A DNA stretch of 60,687 bases from Alphaproteobacteria bacterium (GCA_041557595.1 JBFFGE010000004.1:1-60687); one strand, 5' to 3'; counted from the first letter of the stretch, positions 47,510 through 57,508 are shown. Notes: generated by a model not told the origin, from the sequence alone. Made by a program: numbers and translations.

Positions 47510-48738
47510 AGTTCCGATTCGAGAATGTAGAGCCCGCCGGAAATGCGTTCCGCGGCATAGATCAGGCCTTTCTCGTCGACATAGACATCGTTGATCTGAC
47601 TGGCGGTATAACGCGACCCTTCCGGACAGGCGGGCATGAAGGAGGCGACTTCCTTCGGCTGGTAGGGGTTGGTGAGATCGAAGGCCCGCACACCGGCATT
47701 GAAGAAGGTCGCAAAGATGACCGTGTCGGACCGGAAGGACGGGCCGGGCCGGTTTTCATGCAAATTGTGCGAACCGTAACGCCCGCCGCGGTCGCGGAAA
47801 TCGTCCAGTTCCGGCATCGGGAAAGTTGCAATCGATACCGGATTCGTTTCCTCGCGAATGTCGAGCACCCAGGTCAGCTTTGGCCAGTCCTCCGCATTGT
47901 CCTTGTTGCTCTCGTCGGCGACGATCATCAAGTCCCGGTCCGGCAAGGGCAGCGCGGTATGGGTAAAGCCGGGATACGGCGGATGCGGGTTCCACTGCGA
48001 GATAAATTGTGGCTTCGACTTGTCCGAGATATCCAGAATAATCGCGCCGCCGTCGAGATAGCCGATATAGGCGCGGTCCGGGCGATCCGGATAGACATTG
48101 GAATTGTGGACGCGGTAGTTGTCGCGGCCGCGCGGGTCGTCGGGGGCATGGTCGTACAGCCTTGGCAGCGGCGGCGTATCGTCGTTCTCTTCGGTGCCCG
48201 GTAACCACCAGCGGCCTTCTTCCACCGGCTTGGACGGATTACGCACGTCGATGATGCGATAGCATTGATCGTCGCGCGGATGGCGCGGCATGTAATCCGC
48301 CGCGCCGCTGGCGCAATGGATGTATTCGCCGTCGACGTACCAGACGCAATGGACGCCGCGCGATCTCGGGCCGGAACAATCGAAGAAGGAAATCGATTTC
48401 GGTTGGTCGGGATTGGATATATCGAACAGTTCGATCCCCGCATTCTCGATATCCCAGCCATAGGTTTGATAGGCGACCGCCATGATGTCGCCGCACACTT
48501 CGAGGGAATTCGACCGCATGTTGGTGTGCGGCAGGTCGGTCTGCACGATGACTTGCGGGTTGCGCGGGTCCGATACGTCGACGCCGGTGAAATTCTTCGG
48601 CGGTCCTTCATGGGCAAGCCACATGATGCGCCGGCCATCCTTGGCGATCTGGAGGCTCATGCCTTCGCCCAGCCCGCCGAATCCCTGCAAGCTATTGTGC
48701 GACAGGAGTTTCATGTTTTTTATGTCGTGCTCGGACAT
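47506..48738 (-). CDS. LVIVD-repeat beta-propeller protein, cytoplasmic
   Basis: Repeated xxxDVSDPRNP / FDISNPDQP / IIDVRNPSKP / ILDISDKSKP / VLDIREETNP / AFDLTNPYQP blades; no signal peptide. Confidence 0.85.
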   Translation of the reverse strand: MSEHDIKNMKLLSHNSLQGFGGLGEGMSLQIAKDGRRIMWLAHEGPPKNFTGVDVSDPRNPQVIVQTDLPHTNMRSNSLEVCGDIMAVAYQTYGWDIENAGIELFDISNPDQPKSISFFDCSGPRSRGVHCVWYVDGEYIHCASGAADYMPRHPRDDQCYRIIDVRNPSKPVEEGRWWLPGTEENDDTPPLPRLYDHAPDDPRGRDNYRVHNSNVYPDRPDRAYIGYLDGGAIILDISDKSKPQFISQWNPHPPYPGFTHTALPLPDRDLMIVADESNKDNAEDWPKLTWVLDIREETNPVSIATFPMPELDDFRDRGGRYGSHNLHENRPGPSFRSDTVIFATFFNAGVRAFDLTNPYQPKEVASFMPACPEGSRYTASQINDVYVDEKGLIYAAERISGGLYILESEL

Positions 48739-48970
48739 TGCTTCCCTCTACGTTTCTTGGCACGGAATCTGAGGCGCGAACGGGCCCCGCTTTTCGTTGC
48801 CGATTGCGGTTCTTGGTGCCGTTGCCATCGCGCCGCGGCCGCGGTTCCGGCTGCAACAGGCGCAGGCACCTTGAGATGCCAGCATGAATACGCATGATAC
48901 TTCAAGGAATTTAACGCGGGCGGTGCACTTTCCGTCGGCGACAACCGCCGAGCGACACCGAGGGTCAACA

Positions 48971-50029
48971 ATGCCGCCGAAATCCGTCGAGGCCACGCAG
49001 AGCAACCGGGTGCCCGTCTCGGTCATTACCGGCTTTCTCGGCAGCGGGAAGACGACGCTGCTGAAGCGGCTGGTGCGGCATCCGGGCATGGCGGATACGG
49101 CGCTTATCGTCAACGAGTTCGGTGAAATCGGCATCGACCATGAATTGGTCGATTCCTCCTTCGAGAACACCGTGGTCATGGACAGCGGCTGCATCTGCTG
49201 CAGCATTCGCGGCGACCTGGTCGACACGATCGGCGATCTGTTCGCCAATGTCGCGCAAGGCCGGTTGCCGCCGTTTTCGCGCATCGTGATCGAAACGACC
49301 GGCCTCGCAGACCCGGTGCCGATCGTGCACGCGATCACCGGCGAGGCTGTGATCGCCGACCGGTGCCGGCTGGATTCCGTGGTCACCACGGTGGATGCGC
49401 AAAACGGCATCCGGCAGCTCGGCGCGCATGAGGAAGCGGAACGCCAGGTCGCCCTGGCGGATGTTGCCGTGATCACGAAAACGGATCTGGTGTCGCCGGA
49501 TGCGGTGCAGGATCTCGCACGCCGGCTCGACCGGCTGAATCCCGGCCTGCCGGCCCATACGGCGGCGCATGGCGACATCGATCCGGATTTGTTGTTCGAG
49601 GGAAGCGCCCGGGCCGTCGAGCGGATCGGCGCGGCGCTGGCGGACGGACATCATGAACACGATGAACACCATGTACACGCCCACAGCCATGACCCGGACG
49701 TGAATCGGCACGGCGGCGTCCGCGCCCATACCATTCAAGCGGCCGCGCCGCTGTCCTGGGAGCGGCTTCGCCTTTGGCTCGAGACCGTCTTTTCGCTCCG
49801 CGGCGCGGAAATCCTGCGGCTCAAGGGAATTGTCGAGATCGAGGACCAGGATCGCCCGGTCGTCGTTCAGGCCGTGGGCAATACGTTCAGCCCGCCGTGC
49901 CTGCTCGCCGATTGGCCCGCGGGCGAACGCGGTTCGCGAATCATCGTGATCGCGCAAGGGCTGGCGCCGGAAGATATCGAGCGGAGCTTTTCGGTCTTCG
50001 TGACCGACGGCGTCGCACCGGTTTCGTAG
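48971..50029 (+). CDS. CobW/COG0523 family G3E GTPase metallochaperone
   Basis: TGFLGSGKTT, VNEFGE, GCICC, IETTGLADP, TKTD, His-rich linker, LRLKG CobW_C. Confidence 0.93.
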   Translation: MPPKSVEATQSNRVPVSVITGFLGSGKTTLLKRLVRHPGMADTALIVNEFGEIGIDHELVDSSFENTVVMDSGCICCSIRGDLVDTIGDLFANVAQGRLPPFSRIVIETTGLADPVPIVHAITGEAVIADRCRLDSVVTTVDAQNGIRQLGAHEEAERQVALADVAVITKTDLVSPDAVQDLARRLDRLNPGLPAHTAAHGDIDPDLLFEGSARAVERIGAALADGHHEHDEHHVHAHSHDPDVNRHGGVRAHTIQAAAPLSWERLRLWLETVFSLRGAEILRLKGIVEIEDQDRPVVVQAVGNTFSPPCLLADWPAGERGSRIIVIAQGLAPEDIERSFSVFVTDGVAPVS

Positions 50030-50065
50030 GGGAAAACCGCGCTGCGGCGCGGCGCTCGCGGGCCG

Positions 50066-50767
50066 TCACGCCTGCAGCAGTTTTGCGGTTTCTTCCGGGT
50101 CGGTCATCATCGGGAAATGTCCGGCCTTCAAGACCAGCCAATCGGCGCCCAGGCGTTCGGCGGTTCGGCGCTGATGCGATTCCGGCGGGTTCGGGCTCTC
50201 GGTGCAGTAGATCACCGTGGCTTTCCAATCCTGTTGCCAGAAATCGTCGAGTTCGCCCGGCGCGGCGTCCGACAGGCCGATCGGATGCGGCGTCACGCGG
50301 TCCAGCGTCCAATCCTTGAGCTGTCCGGTCAGCTCGGAAAACAGGCCATTCTCGAACTGGTCACGCGTCGGCGCCCGGGTGAATTCGGTGGACGGGTAGG
50401 GCTTTGCGCCGGGCCGGCGCTCGACGATGTCGGCGACGCTCTCGCCGGGTTGCGGCACCAGGGCATCGACGAAGACCAGGTGCTTGATCCGGTCGCGCGC
50501 CAACACCGCGAGTTTCTGCACGACCAGCCCGCCCGAGCTGGTGCCCGCGACAATGACGTCATGCAGGTCTTCGTAGAACAGCATGTCGGCCAGTTCCTGC
50601 GCCACCGATGTGACGGTAATGTCCGCGCGGAGCGATCCCTTGCGCTCGGCGCATCCGTCCAGGGTCGGCACGAAGACGGTGTGGCGCGCCTTCCGCAAGA
50701 GCGCCGCCGTCGGTTGCCAGATCCAGGCGCCTTGAAACGAGCCATGCACCAATACATATGTCGCCAT
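50066..50767 (-). CDS. Alpha/beta hydrolase (methylesterase/SABP2-like)
   Basis: YVLVHGSFQGAWIW, nucleophile elbow GTSSG, LVFVDA, GHFPM. Confidence 0.88.
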   Translation of the reverse strand: MATYVLVHGSFQGAWIWQPTAALLRKARHTVFVPTLDGCAERKGSLRADITVTSVAQELADMLFYEDLHDVIVAGTSSGGLVVQKLAVLARDRIKHLVFVDALVPQPGESVADIVERRPGAKPYPSTEFTRAPTRDQFENGLFSELTGQLKDWTLDRVTPHPIGLSDAAPGELDDFWQQDWKATVIYCTESPNPPESHQRRTAERLGADWLVLKAGHFPMMTDPEETAKLLQA

Positions 50768-50815
50768 CGGTCTCCGTCCTTTTGCTGCGCGGCGTCTACT
50801 CGGCCGCTCGTCCGG

Positions 50816-50983
50816 TCAGCGCATCGACGCTGACGCCATCGTCTTCCCGCGCGGCGCGTTTGCGGACGCGTCCGCGCCGAACGTCGTAGAGCGCGATCGC
50901 CGGCCCGTCTCGTCCACCATGACGAGGTCCGCAAAGGCGCCGCCAACCTCGATCCCCAGGATCATTCGCCCGAATTTCCACAT
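50816..50983 (-). pseudogene. Probable remnant of a hydantoinase/oxoprolinase A-subunit gene (N-terminus only)
   Basis: 55-aa ORF MWKFGRMILGIEVGGAFADLVMVDETGR... resembles the GIDVGGTFTD phosphate-1 motif, then degenerates. Confidence 0.5.
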
Positions 50984-51167
50984 CGCATCGTGCCCCGACT
51001 TTGAAGCCTCCGGGGTCGGTTGGCAATGGGACGGGCCCGTCGGCCGCGGCGATGGCGGGTTGTGTATTCCTGACGAAACTCGGTTATGATTGACCGGCGC
51101 GGGTCATCCCGCGATAAATCCCTCCAGAACGCTCGCGATCACCGCATCAAAACGAAAGACACCCAAC

Positions 51168-53426
51168 ATGTCCGCAGAGAAAACCGAATATCGCTGGATT
51201 GGCCACAACACGATTCGTCCCGATGGCGCCGACAAAGTCATGGGGCGCGCCGCCTTCGGCGCAGATTTCATGCTGCCGAACATGCTGGTCGGTAAGGTGT
51301 TGCGCAGCCCGCACCCGCACGCGCGGATCGTTTCGATCAATCTCGAAAAGGCCCGGGCCCTGCCCGGCGTCAAGGCGGCGATCAGCAATGCGGATCTGGC
51401 GGATTTTCCGATCGACACGCCGGCGATGGCGGGTCCGCATGATTTGCGGTTTACCAGCCGCAATGTGCTGGCGCGTGAAAAGGTGCTTTATGCCGGCCAT
51501 GCGGTCGCCGCGGTCGCCGCGACCTCGGCCCGGATCGCCAAGGAAGCGCTCAAGCTGATCGAGGTCAAATACGAAGTGCTGCCGCACGTCATCGACGTGC
51601 AAGACGCGATGAAGCCGGACGCGCCCGTGTTGCACGATTTCATCTATACGGACGGTGTCGAGCCGAAACCGACAAAGCCGTCCAACGTCGCCAAGCGTTT
51701 CGAATTCGCGATTGGCGACCTCGAGAAGGGCTTCGCCGAAGCGGATGTGATCGTCGAACGGGAATTCACGACCAAGCCGGTACATCAGGCGTATATCGAG
51801 CCGCATGCGGCGGTGGCGAGCATCGCGCCGGACGGCAAGGCGACGATCTGGAGCAGCAGCCAGGGCCAATTCATGGTGCGCAATGTCAGCGCCCGGCTGG
51901 CCGGCATGAAGATCTCCTCGGTCAAAGCCATTCCGGCTGAGATCGGCGGCGGCTTCGGCGGCAAGACGATCGTCTATCTGGAGCCGCTGGCGTTGGCGCT
52001 CTCGAAAATTGCCGGGCGCCCGGTCAAGATGGTGATGACCCGCGAAGAAGTCTTTCGCGCGACCGGGCCGACCTCCGGCTCGGCCAACACCGTCAAGATC
52101 GGCGCGACCAGGGACGGCCGCATCACCGCGGCCCAGTCGATCCTCCGGTTCCAGGCGGGCGCCTTTCCCGGCTCGCCGGTGCGTCAGGCCGCGAGCTGCA
52201 CATTCGCGCCCTACGATATCGAGAATGTCGAAAGTATCGGCTACGACGTCGTCATGAACCGCCCGAAAAGCAATTCCTACCGCGCGCCGGGCTCGCCGAT
52301 CGCCGCGTTCTCGGTCGAAAGCACGCTCGACGATCTGGCGGCGGAACTGGGCATGGACCCGCTGGAGCTGCGTTTGAAGAACGCGGCGGTCGAAGGCACG
52401 CGGGCGGCATACGGCCCGACCTTCCGCAAGATCGGTTTCAAGGAAACGCTGGAGGCAGCGAAACGGCACCCGCAATATTCCGCGCCGCTCGGCCCGAACC
52501 AGGGTCGCGGCGTGGCGTCCGGCTTCTGGTTCAACGTCGGCGGCGAGGCGAGTGCGGAAGTCCGGGTCAACGAAGACGGCACCGTTACCGTGACCACCGG
52601 CAACCCGGATATCGGCGGTTCGCGCGCCTCCATGGTCAACATGGCGGCGGAAGTTCTGGGCGTCGACGCAAGTCAGGTTCAGGCGCTCGTGGCGGATACG
52701 GACTCGATCGGCTTCAGCGCGGTGACCGGCGGCAGCCGCGTGACCTTCGCGGCCGGCACGATGGTCATCGAGGCGGCGCGGTCGGTGATCCAGCAATTGC
52801 GCGAACGCGCGGCGAAAATCTGGGATATCGATGTCGACGCGGTCATCTGGGAGGATGGGCAAGCGCGCCCGGCCGGCCCCAATGCGGGCGATTTCGAGCC
52901 GATGACCCTGTCCGATATCGCCGGCAAGGCGGGCTCCACGGGCGGGCCGATCAACGCCAGCAAATCGTCCAATGTGCAGGGTGCCGGGCCGGGCTTCGGC
53001 ACGCATATCTGCGATCTGGAAGTCGATCCGGAAACCGGGCGCGTCACGATCCTGCGCTACACGGCGATCCAGGATGCGGGCCGGGCGATCCATCCGGACT
53101 ATGTCGAGGGTCAGATGCAGGGCGGCGTGGCCCAGGGCGTCGGTTGGGCGCTCAACGAAGAATATATCTACAACGCCGATGGGCAGCTCGAGAATCCGGG
53201 GTTCCTAGACTACCGCATTCCGGTCGCCTCGGATCTGCCGATGATCGATACGGTGATCGTCGAAGTGCCGAGCGACATGCATCCGTTCGGCGTGCGCGGG
53301 GTGGGCGAGGTGCCGATCGCGCCGCCGCTGGCCGCGGTCGCAAACGCGATCCGCAATGCCACCGGCCGCCGGTTCGCGGATTTGCCGATCTCTCCGCCGA
53401 AACTGTTGGCCGGTCTGGATGGTTAA
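51168..53426 (+). CDS. Xanthine dehydrogenase-family molybdopterin-binding large subunit
   Basis: RPDGADKVMG, LRSPHPHARI, HQAYIEPH, IGGGFGGK, YRAPG, EGQMQGG, GVGE. Start placed at MSAEK. Confidence 0.92.
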   Translation: MSAEKTEYRWIGHNTIRPDGADKVMGRAAFGADFMLPNMLVGKVLRSPHPHARIVSINLEKARALPGVKAAISNADLADFPIDTPAMAGPHDLRFTSRNVLAREKVLYAGHAVAAVAATSARIAKEALKLIEVKYEVLPHVIDVQDAMKPDAPVLHDFIYTDGVEPKPTKPSNVAKRFEFAIGDLEKGFAEADVIVEREFTTKPVHQAYIEPHAAVASIAPDGKATIWSSSQGQFMVRNVSARLAGMKISSVKAIPAEIGGGFGGKTIVYLEPLALALSKIAGRPVKMVMTREEVFRATGPTSGSANTVKIGATRDGRITAAQSILRFQAGAFPGSPVRQAASCTFAPYDIENVESIGYDVVMNRPKSNSYRAPGSPIAAFSVESTLDDLAAELGMDPLELRLKNAAVEGTRAAYGPTFRKIGFKETLEAAKRHPQYSAPLGPNQGRGVASGFWFNVGGEASAEVRVNEDGTVTVTTGNPDIGGSRASMVNMAAEVLGVDASQVQALVADTDSIGFSAVTGGSRVTFAAGTMVIEAARSVIQQLRERAAKIWDIDVDAVIWEDGQARPAGPNAGDFEPMTLSDIAGKAGSTGGPINASKSSNVQGAGPGFGTHICDLEVDPETGRVTILRYTAIQDAGRAIHPDYVEGQMQGGVAQGVGWALNEEYIYNADGQLENPGFLDYRIPVASDLPMIDTVIVEVPSDMHPFGVRGVGEVPIAPPLAAVANAIRNATGRRFADLPISPPKLLAGLDG

Positions 53427-53598
53427 CGCCGGGTTCCCCGAATGCGCGACAAGCGAGCGCAATAGGGGCGATGGATGGTTAACGGCGGAAAATGAATAAT
53501 CCGAAAGGCGCGGCGTCGAATACGAGACAACCGCGCCGGCGAAGACTAGAATAGGGTGCAAATTTCATCGACTCGGCGATAAAGAAGAGGATTATCCC

Positions 53599-54375
53599 AT
53601 GCAAGCAGTTGCCACGACGGAAGCTGAAATCAAGGTTGTCGAGCGGCCGGCCGGAGTCGGCGCCCGACACAATTATGTCGGCGCGCCAGGCCTGATCGAC
53701 GACAAGGCGCAGGCCTTTCTGGTCGTGCGGCCCTATGCGGGCGCGCGGGTCGAGCCGCATTTCCACGATGTGGATCAGTTTCAGGTTATCGTCGCGGGCG
53801 ACGGCCGCATCGGCAAGAAAGAAGTCCGGCCGATCACCTTCCAGTATGCGGACGCCTTCACGCCCTATGGGCCGATCGTGGGACGGGACGACGGCATCTC
53901 GTTTTTCACGCTGCGCAATGTCTCGAGCGGCGGCCATTGGGCGATGCCGGGAAACAAGCACAACATGCCGTGCCGCGCCGGCCGCAATATCGAAGGCCTC
54001 TTCGACCTCGGCAGCGTCAAGATGAAGGCGAACGAAACGCAGCGCGAAGAGCTGATGCAGGCCCAGGAGGACGGCGTTTGGGCGGTCGGAATCCGCATGG
54101 GCTCCAATGCGACCGCCGACGGCATCGTCAATGACCACAACGGTCAGTATTACCTGGTTTGCAGCGGGTCGTTGATGCAGGACGGCAAGGAACTGCCGAG
54201 CAACTCGCTGATCCGTGTCGACGCGGGCGAACCCGCGCCGACCCTGACCGCCGGAAGCGACGGCGCGGAAGTCCTGGCGATGCAGTTCGGGCAACCGTCC
54301 GACCGCCCGGGATCGGATCCGAGCAAGCTGGCCAGCCGCGATCCGAACGGATATGTCGAGCGCAAGAACGCCTGA
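53599..54375 (+). CDS. Cupin-fold protein (probable bicupin)
   Basis: PHFHDVDQFQVIVAGDG cupin motif 1; second barrel GQYYLVCSGSL; GAGGA RBS. Confidence 0.75.
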   Translation: MQAVATTEAEIKVVERPAGVGARHNYVGAPGLIDDKAQAFLVVRPYAGARVEPHFHDVDQFQVIVAGDGRIGKKEVRPITFQYADAFTPYGPIVGRDDGISFFTLRNVSSGGHWAMPGNKHNMPCRAGRNIEGLFDLGSVKMKANETQREELMQAQEDGVWAVGIRMGSNATADGIVNDHNGQYYLVCSGSLMQDGKELPSNSLIRVDAGEPAPTLTAGSDGAEVLAMQFGQPSDRPGSDPSKLASRDPNGYVERKNA

Positions 54376-54393
54376 GCGACGTTTGATCGTCGC

Positions 54394-55431
54394 ATGACCG
54401 AAGCCTTGATTCCCACGACGCTGGTCGGCAGTTACCCACAGCCGGACTGGCTCGTGGACAAGGCGGTGCTGTTGGGCAGCGGGCCGCCGCGGGTGCGGAT
54501 GCGCGACGTCTGGCGGGTGCCGGAAGATCGCCTCGAAGAGATGCAGGACGACGCCACGCTGATGGCGATTGCCGATCAGGAACGCGCCGGAATCGACGTT
54601 CTCACCGATGGCGAAATCCGCCGCGAAAGTTATTTCAATCGGTTCGCCAACGCCCTCGACGGAATCGATCTGGACAATCCGGCGGAAGTGCCGAACCGGC
54701 GCGGCAAGCCGACGCCGGTGCCGCGCGTGGTGGGGCCGATCCGGCGAACCCGGCCGGTCCAGGTGAGGGACGTGGAGTTCCTGCGGGCCAATACCGACCG
54801 GGCCATCAAGATCACCATCCCCGGCGCCTTCACCATGGCGAAACTGGCGCTCGACGAACATTACGGCGACCAGGAAGCGTTGATCGCCGCCTATGCCGCG
54901 GCGCTGAACGAGGAAGTGCGGGATCTGAAAAACGCCGGCGCCGATGTCATCCAGATCGACGAACCCTACATGCAGGCGAATCCCGAAGAAGCCGACCGGT
55001 ACGGCGTCGCTGCGATCGACCAGGCGCTCGACGGCATCTCCGGGTCGACCATCGTGCATCTCTGTTTCGGCTATGCCTATGTGGTGAAGGACAAGCCGGA
55101 GGGGTATTCCTTTCTGCCGCAGCTCGATCGCTGCCGTGCCGGCGCGATTTCGATCGAAGCGGCGCAGCCCAAACTGGATCCGGTCATCCTGGAACGCCTG
55201 CCCAGCAAGAAAATCCTGTTCGGCGTCCTCAGCCTGGGCACGCATGACGTTGAAACGCCGGAACTGGTCGCCGACCGGCTGCGGGGCGCGCTGCGCCACA
55301 TCACGCCGGATCGCCTCGTGGCGGCCCCCGATTGCGGCATGAAATATCTGCCGCGCAAGGTGGCGTTCGGCAAGCTGAAGGCGCTGGTGGACGGCGCCGC
55401 GATCGTCCGCGGCGAGGTTGCCAAAAAGTAG
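54394..55431 (+). CDS. Single-barrel cobalamin-independent methionine synthase-like Zn alkyl/methyltransferase (Meth_synt_2)
   Basis: TTLVGSYPQP, TDGEIRRESY, IQIDEP, Zn ligands HLC...E...PDCG; 345 aa, no N-terminal barrel. Confidence 0.88.
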   Translation: MTEALIPTTLVGSYPQPDWLVDKAVLLGSGPPRVRMRDVWRVPEDRLEEMQDDATLMAIADQERAGIDVLTDGEIRRESYFNRFANALDGIDLDNPAEVPNRRGKPTPVPRVVGPIRRTRPVQVRDVEFLRANTDRAIKITIPGAFTMAKLALDEHYGDQEALIAAYAAALNEEVRDLKNAGADVIQIDEPYMQANPEEADRYGVAAIDQALDGISGSTIVHLCFGYAYVVKDKPEGYSFLPQLDRCRAGAISIEAAQPKLDPVILERLPSKKILFGVLSLGTHDVETPELVADRLRGALRHITPDRLVAAPDCGMKYLPRKVAFGKLKALVDGAAIVRGEVAKK

Positions 55432-55516
55432 AAGTCGGCCGCTTGCACCAGTCACTGATAATTCGGACATTCTGGGAAACGGGTAATCGTTTGGGGCGGC
55501 GATCGGTGCGCGCGGT

Positions 55517-56491
55517 CTAATCCGTATACAGGTGGCACGAAACCATATGACCGGGGGCAACTTCGCGCAGCGGTGGTTCCTGGGTGACGCACTCCGGTTT
55601 GGCGAAGGGGCAACGGGGGTGAAATTGGCAGCCGGTGGGCGGGTCCAGCGGCGACGGCACCTCTCCCGTCAGCACGATTTCGTCATTCTGCACGTCCGGA
55701 TTGTCCGGTAGTACCGCCGAGAACAGCGCTTTGGTATAGGGATGTAAAATTTTTTCAAATAGATCTTCGGTGTCGGCGTATTCGACGATTTGTCCGAGAT
55801 ACATCACGGCGGTTTGATGCGCCATGTGCCGAACCGTCGCCAAGTTGTGTGCGATCAACAGGTAGGCGACATTTTCGCGCTTTTGAATGTCTTTGAGCAG
55901 ATTCAGGATTTGCGCCCGGATGGAGACGTCCAAAGCGGAGACAGGTTCGTCGAGCACGATCAATTTCGGTTCCGAGGCGAGCGCGCTGGCCAAGGCAACG
56001 CGCTGACGCTGACCTCCACTGAACTCGTGCGGATACTGTTGGGCGTGTTCCGCCCGCAGGCCGACCTGCAGCAGTAAATCCGACACACGCTCCGCGATTT
56101 CGCGGCTGTTTCCCCATTTGTTCACGACCAGGGATTCGGCGATAATCTTGCCGACCGTCATTCGGGGATTGAGCGACGACCACGGATCCTGGAAAACCGC
56201 CTGCACATGAGACCGGTATTCCCGAAGTGCCTCGCCCTGAATATTGTGGATGGGGTTGCCTTGCAGCAGGACGTGGCCGCTCGTTGGTTCTTCCAGATGG
56301 AGAATTAGCCGGGACGTCGTTGTCTTGCCGCACCCCGATTCTCCGACCAACCCAAGCGTCTCTCCGGTTTCAATCGAAAAGTCGACGCCATCGACCGCTT
56401 TCACATGACCGGTGGTTTTCGCAAACAGAACGCCTTTGGAATAGGGGAAGTGCTTGCGCAGGCTTTCGACACGCAGCAAGGGCTCCGTCAT
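55517..56491 (-). CDS. Peptide/nickel-type ABC importer ATPase (DppF/OppF-like)
   Basis: GESGCGKT, FSGGQRQR, DEPVSALD, HPYT, C-terminal GCQFHPRC...C...CH. Confidence 0.92.
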   Translation of the reverse strand: MTEPLLRVESLRKHFPYSKGVLFAKTTGHVKAVDGVDFSIETGETLGLVGESGCGKTTTSRLILHLEEPTSGHVLLQGNPIHNIQGEALREYRSHVQAVFQDPWSSLNPRMTVGKIIAESLVVNKWGNSREIAERVSDLLLQVGLRAEHAQQYPHEFSGGQRQRVALASALASEPKLIVLDEPVSALDVSIRAQILNLLKDIQKRENVAYLLIAHNLATVRHMAHQTAVMYLGQIVEYADTEDLFEKILHPYTKALFSAVLPDNPDVQNDEIVLTGEVPSPLDPPTGCQFHPRCPFAKPECVTQEPPLREVAPGHMVSCHLYTD

Positions 56492-57468
56492 GCGGATTCC
56501 TCCAATTTCCAGCAATTGGCCGTATGCTCGGTGCCGACGGTATAGGTCGGGGGATACGCGGTTCGGCAGTGGTCGTCGGCCAGCGCGCAACGGGGTGCGA
56601 ACCGGCACCCTTGTGGCATGTCCGAAAACTCCGGCGGTTGTCCTTCTATCGTGTGCAATCGGTCCACTTGAACCTTCATCTTGGGCACGGAGGCGATCAA
56701 TGCCTGGGTATAGGGGTGGGCAGGGTTATTGAAGACCTTGCGCACCGGCCCGCTTTCGACGATGCGCCCGGCATACATGACGGCGACGCGGTCGCACATT
56801 TTTGCGACCACACCGAAGTCATGCGTGATGAACAGGATCGCCATGTGGGAGACTTTTTGGATTTCCTTGAGCAATTGCAGATACTGCAATTGAATTGTCA
56901 CATCGAGCGCCGTCGTAGGTTCATCCGCGATCATCACCTGGGGCTCGCAGCTGATCGCGATGGCGCCCACCACCCGCTGTTTCATGCCGCCGCTCAACTG
57001 GTGCGGATACTGATGTATCCGTTGTTCCGGCGCCGCCAGTTTGACCTTGCGCAAAGCGTCGACGGCTCGCTGAAACACCGTGTCGGCCGGGCCCGCGAAA
57101 TGCTTGGCGATGGCTTCACGGAGTTGATTGCCGATGGTGAACACCGGATTCAGCGACGTCTGCGGATCCTGCAGGATCATGGCGATCTTGCGTCCGCGAA
57201 TTCGGCGCATTTCCTGGTCGCTTTTGGTCAGCAAATCCTCTCCATCCAGCAGCACCTTTCCCTGAACCGTGCGGGCTGCTCCTTGCGGAAGCAAACGGAG
57301 CAGCGACAGGGCGGTTACGCTCTTGCCGCAGGCCGATTCCCCAACCAGGCCCAGCACCTCCCCCCGCCGGAGCGAAAAACTGACTCCATCGACGGCCTTT
57401 ACAACGCCGCGGCGCAGGAAGAAATGCGTGTGCAAGTCGCGCACGTCGAGAACGACTTCTCCACTCAT
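56488..57468 (-). CDS. Peptide/nickel-type ABC importer ATPase (DppD/OppD-like)
   Basis: [36 protein letters not shown]. Confidence 0.92.
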   Translation of the reverse strand: MSGEVVLDVRDLHTHFFLRRGVVKAVDGVSFSLRRGEVLGLVGESACGKSVTALSLLRLLPQGAARTVQGKVLLDGEDLLTKSDQEMRRIRGRKIAMILQDPQTSLNPVFTIGNQLREAIAKHFAGPADTVFQRAVDALRKVKLAAPEQRIHQYPHQLSGGMKQRVVGAIAISCEPQVMIADEPTTALDVTIQLQYLQLLKEIQKVSHMAILFITHDFGVVAKMCDRVAVMYAGRIVESGPVRKVFNNPAHPYTQALIASVPKMKVQVDRLHTIEGQPPEFSDMPQGCRFAPRCALADDHCRTAYPPTYTVGTEHTANCWKLEESA

Positions 57469-57508
57469 GATCGCCTACCGTGCGGTTTTCGATTGATTGT
57501 TCGTTGCA

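Noticed and set aside
48739-48970. Cobalamin riboswitch, Zur box or sigma-54 promoter upstream of the CobW gene
   Set aside because: No B12-box or Zur palindrome recognisable by eye; TGGCAC near 48759 lacks the TTGC -12 element.
51168-53426. Aerobic CO dehydrogenase CoxL
   Set aside because: Lacks the Cu-binding AYxCSFR motif and has no coxM, coxS or accessory genes.
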